Origin: Ramazzottius varieornatus | Lineage: Eukaryota; Animalia; Tardigrada | Direction: 5' to 3' | Length of the DNA stretch: 64,000 bases | Assembly: GCA_001949185.1 (NCBI GenBank) | Contig: BDGG01000011.1 | Span: 1,137,552 to 1,201,551 of the forward strand | Part shown: positions 55,501 through 64,000 of the stretch, one piece after another | Layout of the letters: the number at the start of each line of letters is the position of its first letter | How positions within the stretch are numbered: position 1 is the stretch's first letter | Notes under the pieces: generated by a model | The model's input: only the letters and a program-made list of their open reading frames with translations | The model's database searches: none | What the model was told of the DNA's origin: nothing | Made by a program: the position numbers and the translations under genes

Positions 55501-58500
55501 CGGAAACTAAAGCAGATCAACCAAGAATCCAAACTCACCAGTCAAAGAGCGATTCTACTCAGTATACTGCGCCGGCTAGCAAACCAATCAGCTTCTTGAG
55601 TACAACATTGGATAGTCTTTCAACCCTTCCAGCAGCGAAGCCTGTCACGACAACACCAATCAGTTTTCTGACCACAACAGCTGACGGCTCTCCATCAGCC
55701 ACCGTCGATATCCTGCCAAAGAGTCCTCGAACACCAGCTGCAAGTACTTCACCTTCCAGCCGAGCTTCGCCCTTCGACTTCCTCCGGCAAAAAAGCGAAC
55801 AAAAAGGCGAACCTCCGTCACATGTCGCCAACGTTGAGATCAAACCCAAGAGTTCGTCGGTGACACCCATCAGCTTCCTGCAACCGCAAGCTGAACCTAG
55901 CCGAGGAAGAGCAACTTCGGTGGAGATCTCTGACCAGCCTGAGATTCCCGGTGGTATTCCTCCCACGTTGAGACAGCGGTCGCAGTCTCATGGACGAGAG
56001 GATAAGGAAGGCGAGACGGGAACTGTCAGGAGAAGACGGAGGGAAGCAGAAGAGCCCTTACCTGGCTTGCCTGTGATCGTTTCGGCCAAAGACCGCTTCT
56101 TGGCCAAGGTATGGTCAATCCGTCGTTCGAAACTTATTTCGAGATGAAGTCAGTTTTCCGCGATTACCGAGAAATGAATTAATTCAAAATAAGAGCTCGC
56201 CAAACAGACTCGACAGACTCATTTTCTCAAGTGGCGCACCATCTCGATGTTATTAACTGGATTAACTGCGCCATTTGGAGAACCGATTCTGTCGATCTTC
56301 TCCGCCCATGAGGGAATCTCGTCACTTTGTCCCTTTGGTTTTCTAGAGTTTTTTCCATGTTTTCTAGGTTCAAGAAACAGCAGCACAGCCAGCGGAAACC
56401 GCCGTCGCGTTCGGTGGACGACGACGATCGTCCGTGCTGAAGGGTGTAGTCGAACCCTTGAGTGCCGAAGAGCAAGCCGAACAGCTGGCGAAGCTCGAAG
56501 CGTCCAAAGAAGCCGCCCGACTGAGAAATGTTGAACGAGAGAAACGCGAACAAGAAGAGCTGGTTAAGAAAAAGAAGGCGGAAGAGGAAAGGCTACTGAG
56601 ATTAGAAGAAGAACGAAAGGAACGAGCTGAACAGGAAAGAATCAGACGGGAGGAAGCCGTGAAGAGGCGCGAGGAAGAACGCATCCGGGATGAGAAACGC
56701 CAGCTGGAAGAGAAAGAACGACGAGCCGAGGAGCATCGCCTGTGGCAGGAGAAGGAAAAGCAGCGGGCGGAAGAAGAAAGAGTACGAGAAGAGAAACGAA
56801 GGGCGTTAAGAGAAGAAAAACGGATCAAGGAGGAAGCGGAAAAAGCCGCCCTGGAGAAAGTTCGTAAAGAAAAGGAAGCAGCCGATGCCAAGAAACAGAA
56901 AGAACGGGAAGAGGAACAGTTGAGACTCAAGAGAATCGAAGAAAAAAGGTCGGAACTTGCGATTGGATATTTTACCTGTGAAATTAGTGTCGGGGAAAAA
57001 TCATCAAAATAGTGTTTGCGGCTTATTATTTTTTTATCTCAAGCAGGTACTGCATTTTCTAGTTTATATGTTTCGTCGTTTTAGGTTGGCTGAGATGGAA
57101 AGGAGGAGAAAGGACGAGGAAGAACGGAAGGCCGAACAGCAACGAAAGCAAGCGGAACGTGAAGCCAAACAGCACGAAGCGGAAGAGAAACGACGGAAGG
57201 AGCTGGACGAACTGCGCGCCAAGGAGGAAGCTGAACGGCAAAGATTAGCCGCCGAGAAGAAACGTATCGAGGAACAGAAGAAACAGTTTGAAGAAGAGGA
57301 ACGAAAACGTGCCGAAGATCGACGACGAAAAGACGAGGAAGAACGCAAGCGCCGCGAAGAGGAGCGCCAGAGACGAAAGGAGCTGGAGCTGGCGAAGTAC
57401 GAAGAAAAGTTCGCCAAGACAGCCGAACATAAGAAAGAACTGACCGAAACATCGCTACGCCACGTCGAAAGTCTGGAAGATATCGAACGAAGAAAGAAAG
57501 ACTTGGCTTTACTGAAGGAAGTGGGGAAGAAGGAAAGCGAGCGCATTCGCCAAATGACCGAAGAAGAGAAACAGAAGATTTTGACTGAGAAGAAGAACAA
57601 GCCCATACAGGAAGATCCTTCCCTGGCCCTACCTGCGCGACGCGACCGAACCAAAGAACTTCCCATCGTCGAGATTGAGAAGCCTAAAGAGAGCAAAGGA
57701 GCGTCGAAGCTGAAGGATAAATGGGAGCAAAAAGCCGAGCAAGCTGCGCCTGTTCAACGCTCCTTCCAAGCACCACGAAATTCCCCCGACAAATCAATCA
57801 AGCCACCGTACAACTCTTCTGTTCGAACCTCTCCTGACAAGACAATCAAGCCTCCCTACGGTGTATCCTCCCGTGGGTCACCGGATAAATCAATCAAGCA
57901 GCCGTACAATAATTCCTCGTCCAGACTTTCACCCGAAAAATCAATCAAGCCAGCAGCACCTCCAGTGGCTGACAGGAACATGGCCAGCGTTCAAGTCAAG
58001 ACAGTCAACATTATCAAATCACCCGTGAGAGATCAATCAAGCGTTGGCGCAGAGCAAAAAGTGCAGGTTGGTGGGCAAAAACCAGCCCAAACACTGCAAT
58101 CGCCCACGGCGCAACCAGTCGCCCAGAAGGCCACACCCACGTCTGGGCCGCAGTCTGGGCAAGCCGCAATGGGCGCCCAGCAGCCCGCTACTGGGCAGCC
58201 AGCTGTGGTAGCCAAACCGGCCAAATCAGACGGGAAAATCCAGTCACGCTTCATCGGTGGTGTCACTGATATCGATGACTTGTTCGGAAGTAACAAGGAC
58301 TTCCTAAAGACGGCCAGAACGGGTTCGCAGGAACGAGGGGAAGAACGTAGTCCAGCTGGGCAACAGCGAAGCGGAAGGAGCGGACAGGTACCATTAGACC
58401 TTCCCAAGGCCCAACAACAGCAACAACAGCGCTATGGACAGCAGAGCTTGGCCAACGAGCCTATGTCTCCAAAAGTACCCTGTGTGACACTGGAGAAGAA

Positions 58501-58672
58501 GGACTATATGAGGAAGAGAGTGTGGCACGAGTTGCAGAGGTGTCTGCAACCCAATGTCGATATCTTCTTGGACCTGCCCGCACTGCCAGACCCCATGCTG
58601 GGCAGTGGACAAACCTACTACGACATTTTCGGATTTCCTCCCAAGGCCCAATACTGCAAGAAACATGCAAAG
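49555..58672 (+). CDS. Large low-complexity coding exons, probably the alternative long N-terminus of the FHOD formin
   Basis: Phase-compatible GT-AG exons approx. 49555-49587, 49849-49917, 50751-51294, 51610-52186, 52561-53486, 53580-54599, 54838-56108, 56368-56948, 57085-58672. The last ends at a phase-0 donor AAG|gtaagc compatible with FHOD exon 2 at 61495. Confidence 0.72.
54003..54445 (+). repeat. Coding tandem repeat, 4 copies (period 108-129 nt)
   Basis: VEDIWADRPSTPPPR(S/N)(V/I/L)SP occurs four times. Confidence 0.9.
56227..56278. repeat. Palindrome family A, 1 unit (formin intron)
   Basis: caagtggcgcac...tgttattaactgg...tgcgccatttgg with cagactcgacagactcattttc / gaaccgattctgtcga flanks. 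Confidence 0.75.
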
Positions 58673-60339
58673 GTAAGCGCTGTCGAGACATGATGAAACA
58701 AGGTCTTTGGTTTAATCACATTGGCTACCAAACGAACGAAACGCCGCAGCTCGATCGTAGAGAAAAGCAAAAAATTTGGTTTCGGACTAATTCCAGATAT
58801 TTGCCTAGGCCCAGACACAATATTCGGTCAACACAAACACGGTAACTTTAGATGAATTTTCCGACGTAATTGTTTTCCTTCCTGCTTGAGGACCGAGTTC
58901 GTTGGTATTACTGCCACCACGAACACGGTGATGCTCCTGACGGGTTTTTGGAGGTCGATGGAGCAGAGATTACGTAATAGGGGTTGGTGGCTGCAATTAA
59001 AAGATAGCTTTCTGGTTAATTACTTCGTTTACTGAGCCGTTTTTCATCATTGTGTCCTCCGAAAAGATACTGTGGTGGCAGGGAAAGCTTAAAATATTTA
59101 GGCTGGCCGCTATTAGCTGATGCGCGTACTTTGTCAACGAGCTACAGTACAAAAAAGCTATGTGCGCGTGCGTTGTTTACTCCATTGGGGAAAAACAACG
59201 ATGAGCGAAGGGAGATTAATGATGGCGGTTTGCAAAATCTGACGGGTCGGTGCCAGGCATCTTCAAATCGTCAGCGAATGGGTGCGGCTGTGGTAACGAG
59301 CTAGACTGTTACAGAGGCTTCCGGAAATAGCCCAACGTACATAACATGCCGTCTTGAGCCAAACCACAACCGGTGTGCGATGTGCCGTGGCGAGCTGCGC
59401 GCTGGCTACTGCCGGCTTCGCAAGTTCGTCACGCCGGGCTGGGGAAGCTGCCGGGCTTTCAACGGCCTCCTCCAGCCGGACGCAAGGACTTTCGACTACT
59501 GAAGAACCCTTCCACCAGTAGAGTCGCGCTGATTGTGTGCACTAAACATAGTCCGTTACAGCGCCACCTACGCTGGCACTTGTCTCTTCCATCTTGACTG
59601 GGACATTGATATTCTCCACATTTCCGTCTGCGTTGCGACTACGAACTCCCAACTATATTTCGGCACAGGTGATTTGTGAGTTTACACTGCGCCGAATTTT
59701 CTCTAGCTTTGTGTAAGGAGCAATAGGAGACAGGATTATTTGACTCAGAACGGCTCCGTCTAAAGTAGGATGACACATCTCCTGTAAATATGAGGAGGTC
59801 TTCAGTAAATGCGGTAACCTTTGGGCGTTGTCGCGGTTTCTTCGAAGTTGGCACAGAGGGCGCACTGTCGGCTTTTCGGGCTTCTGCTTAAATTTGTACA
59901 GCATTCGAAATTACACTGCGGTTTCCGGCCTGTTTGAGGTCGAATAATCGACGGTGCGGTATATGGAATTTAGAGGCTGCCTAAACCGGCTTGGGGCCAA
60001 TGAAGGCAGCTTGTTCCTTTTTGCGCGCCTTCAGCACTTCTCTCCTCGTGCTCCTAACGCATACTTCTTCCGGCCTGCGTGGCCACATTCCAAGCGAGAA
60101 TTCCATGCAGACATGCGCTTCTGCTTGCTTGGTCTAGTTGGTCTAGCTCTTCAGCCTTCTCTTTGCCCCTTGGAGCCTGCCGTACTTCTCACCTTCAAAT
60201 GCTGTAATCGCCACGGAAATGTTTACATTTTGCCATTTCAAGGCTTGATCTGTACAATGAGCGTTTGATTGCTCTGCCGACTTGATCATCTTTCTTGTCT
60301 GCTGCACTCACTGCCGTCTATATCTAATCGTGTTACGCA

Positions 60340-63300
60340 ATGACGTTAGTCGTGAAGGTCCAATTCCTCAACGATACTGATCCCTTTTCCAGTACACAAT
60401 ATCCCGAGCCGGCCAGACCTCCAAACTTCACTTTTGATGATTCCGTACCACTTTCCGAACAGATTGGCGCTGTTCACCGCTTATTGAGACCCCCTCAAAA
60501 GGTACATTCGCTCGTCGACCAGAATCCAACTGTTGCTTCAATATCGATCGCCAATGATACCTTCCCGTTCACTCTCTTCCAATTCAGCCTAAAATTTTGG
60601 GAATATACATATCTGGCAACATTAGAGTGGGGTAAAACTAGTCTTACGTTGTTGATACGAACGATCACTTGATTTCTGATTGGGTTTATAGATGGCAGTG
60701 TGCTTATCGTACACGAAATTTCGCTGTGCAGTCGTCGATTTTGGCCATATTTTCTACGATTATTCCACACCTAAATTTCTGAGTTTTCATGGCGAACTGA
60801 TTTCGTTTTGTGTATATATGGGTTGTTTTCGGTGGTTCAGGGCCAGCTAAGCACATTAGAAAAGCTTCCTGTGTGCTCTTTGGTCCTCTGCTCGTTAAAC
60901 GAGTGCATCTGTCACCGCGAACATGCACCAGGAGGATTTGTTTGTAGGACGATGAAGGCATAAATAGGTTTTCCAGCATCAGCAGATGCTTGGCGTTTGC
61001 GCAGCCAGTCAGGCTTCTGCCTTGGATCTTTGTAGCTGGATCGTCAAGCGGCAGTGCGTATTTTTAGTCTCGGGTTTCTTGCCTGGTTGGCTAACAACGT
61101 TCTTCCTCCTTGCAAGTTGTCGGTCCGCAGATGATGCAGGAGAACAGCAGTCAACAGCAGCCCTCCTTAACTCACTCCTCTTTGCATAACACCAAACACC
61201 ATTCTTCCGCTGCCAAATTGTAGCAAATAGGTGACGTCTTGTTGACGCTAGAGTCTCTTCTCTATTCATAAAATTATACTGATATCCGCTTAACCAAGTA
61301 TTACTCACTTGAAAAAGCATTCTAAAAATAAACTCGAAGAAAACAGTGTCAGAAATTCGAAACAAAACTTGACAAAAAAGCAAAAATATGCAGTTGTGAA
61401 TAATCAAATTTATTGACGGTAAAACGTCGTCGTAATCTTGTAAATATTTTGGTAATTTATTCCACGGTATACAGTCCCTGTTTATTTTTTCTAGGTTGAC
61501 GATTGCGCATTACAACTGTGGAGATACAATGACGCCGGCCAACTGGAAACCTCAACCTACCTGGATCTCGATTCGTCCATCAACGAACAACGCGAAGAGT
61601 TTGATGGATTCTTCCAAAAGTACGTACCTACTTTCTTGTTCAAAATACTGAAAAATGAAAAGGTGCAAATCGATGAAGTGATATCACCGGTGATCAAATA
61701 AACTGGCCCAGACAAATAGACAGTAGTCAGGAAGGGATGCTTTGACTTATAACAGGTTAGCCGACTTATAATATGATGCCCAATCCGAAAATAGTCCAGA
61801 TGCATTACAAAACTAGATTATACACACAATATTGATTTTAGCACGTTGGCCAGCTGTCGACTTCTCTTGTCGAACCAGACAGACGTTGCTAACTTCCTCA
61901 CCTCGTTTTTATTTCACCTGCTGCCTTATCATACTTTTGACGGAGGGTTTTTTCTGCGAGCAGTCGGCCGTTAATCAACGGGCCGTTTTTCCACCTGTGA
62001 ATTGACTATCATAAACCATGCAGCCGTTCTGAATATCAGTGAATTTTTTGTGTGATTTTTATTGGTGATATTGGACGGGAATTTGGGAACATGGCCATTG
62101 TACATAATGGAGTTCTTTACTGCAGCCGTCGGAACGCCATGGTCATACGAACCTCCTTGACCGTCCGGGTGCACACGATCATCGGTAAGAAGATTCCGAA
62201 TTCAATCACACTACCGCAGAAAAAAACGAAAGGAAATGTCTAAAATAATTACAAGTGCTGCTTTGCAGAAAAATTACTACACGCTGACGGAAGAGAACTA
62301 CGGAGAGCGCTATTTTCGCTGAAGCAAATTTTTCAGGTAAGGCTCCGTTCGGATTATTCCCTTTTAGCCGACCACTTTTCCACGATATTTCTGTCGTTGG
62401 TACACGCAGTGGTAGCGTCTATAATTAAGCACTGTTCTCACAAATCGGAGCCGGGTAAAAAAAAACTCGATCAGATTGTTCTGCCAGCTGATGGGCGTCT
62501 TCGGTAATAATGGCTGAAGGCGTGTGCCGTTGACTGATTTCGAATGCTCTCTTGATGCTCTCGGTTATCTTTTTCCAGGATGACAAGGATTTGGTCCACG
62601 AATTTGTGACACACGATGGCTTGGACTGTCTACTCAAAGTGGGAAGTGAAGCGGACCACAACTACCAGAACTATATCCTGCGCGGTAACTTCCGCCTCCA
62701 TTCTCTTCATAGCTTTCCACCATGACGTAACCTTCTTCCTTCTTGTTGTGAATGACAGCTCTTGGTCAAGTGATGTTATATGTCGACGGTATGAACGGTG
62801 TTATCCAGCACGGTGATACTGTCAGATGGCTGTACTCGCTGCTGGGCTCCAAGTACCGTCTGGTACAGAAGACGGCACTCAAGCTGCTGCTGGTCTTTGT
62901 GGAGTACGCCGAAAGTAACTGCGAGCTGCTAGTGGAAGCCATCGACAGCGTCGACAAGGAGAACCGCGAGAAGCCTTGGACTAACGTCATGAAGATCCTC
63001 AATGAGAAAGAGCCCTCCGACCCCGAACTGATTGTCTTCGCCATGACTCTCATCAATATGGTACGCTGCCTCACCATCGGCAATTTCAGCCATGAGAAAG
63101 AATCCGCTTTGTTTATTCTAAATTCATCGCTGTATTTCGCGCAAGTTATGTCATAGGTGTTTTTTTATTGCCGTTGACAGACGGTGCAAGGCATTCCCGA
63201 TAAAGATACGTACTACGACGTCGTCGACTCTCTGGAGCAGTTAGGCTTGGCGGAAGCCAGTGAGTATCACAGAAAGAGGAAAGGAACGGACACAGATCTC

Positions 63301-64000
63301 CTACAGCAAATCGACCTGTTTGACGTAAGAGAGACTCAACTTTTGCGCCGGAAAACATACCCAAACATTCACACATCTCTGGAAATTTTGGCGTACTTTT
63401 GGTCTGGAAAAAAGTTTGAATATACTGTGAAAACACTGAACGCAGCTATCAAATAATTTCTTTCCCTACGACTGTTGAAAAATTCAGACAGTCTACGTAT
63501 ATTCCCGCACAAGGTTATCAACATTATAGGCCGTGTTGAAGCACGAAGACGGTATGCAGAACGCCCTTCCCGATCAGCCCAACGTCCGTCAACAGCCCCG
63601 AACCAAGAAGATGGGCGAAGAGCGCAAGTCGCGTCGTCACGGTGGTGCGTCCACCACCTCTTCCTCCAAGCCATCCGACAAGCAGAACGGCGTCAAGCCC
63701 ATCTCCTTCCTCCAGCCCGACTCCGCCAAGACCAACGGTGCCCCCGGCTCCACCCTGCGTAAACGCTCCGAATCACCGTATGCTGATCCAGCCGAGCAAC
63801 GCCGCAACCACTTGGCCACACCGTCGCCCAACCGTGGACGCGACTCGTCCTACGACTCACGGAGGGACTCCAACTCGTCAGTGTCGTCGTATGGCGGACC
63901 TAGTCCACGAGGCTCCGCCACGGACTTTAATACGGCGGCCAATGAGCTGAATGCGGCGCAGGCGGGAGATGCTAGAGGCGCACCCAGACCGTATGGCGCA
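60340..64000 (+). CDS. FHOD: FHOD-family formin, N-terminal GBD/FH3 exons; continues off the right edge
   Basis: [10 protein letters not shown]...PEPARPP.FTF (60340-60501), VDDCALQ...[71 protein letters not shown] and [13 protein letters not shown] are diagnostic of FHOD1/3/Fhos. Confidence 0.95.

Noticed and set aside
56370-57696. Long Ser/Phe/Arg-rich minus-strand ORFs (also those opposite SMC3 and paramyosin)
   Set aside because: Antisense shadows of E/K/R-rich coding exons.
62395-62470. tRNA-like A box (acgcagtggtagcgt) in a formin intron
   Set aside because: No anticodon arm, T arm/B box or acceptor stem could be built.

Overview
This is eukaryotic, intron-rich invertebrate (protostome, probably ecdysozoan) genomic DNA, not prokaryotic, and it has no CRISPR array. 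Many ORF-track entries are exon fragments or antisense shadows. The left ~28 kb is gene-dense: 5' part of alanyl-tRNA synthetase (-), SMC3 (+), TMEM42 (-), a foldback element spanning an N gap, tRNA-Arg(CCT), an intronless ankyrin gene, two tandem SLC46/PCFT-like transporters and paramyosin. The middle ~28-49 kb is transposon-rich (LINE relics, a decayed pogo-like element, many MITEs) and holds a secreted Cys-rich gene and a Ly6/quiver-like gene. The right part is an FHOD formin, apparently with a giant alternative N-terminus. Most notable: (1) SMC3 has Gln at the normally invariant second Eco1/ESCO acetyl-acceptor lysine (KK to KQ). (2) Two families of REP/BIME-like short palindromes occur as 1-3-unit clusters, mostly inside introns. 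(3) A ~2,200-aa alternative formin N-terminus is built from repeated short motifs. (4) Paramyosin has a duplicated exon-1 end and splice donor. Exon boundaries and alignments were read by eye and no searches were run.
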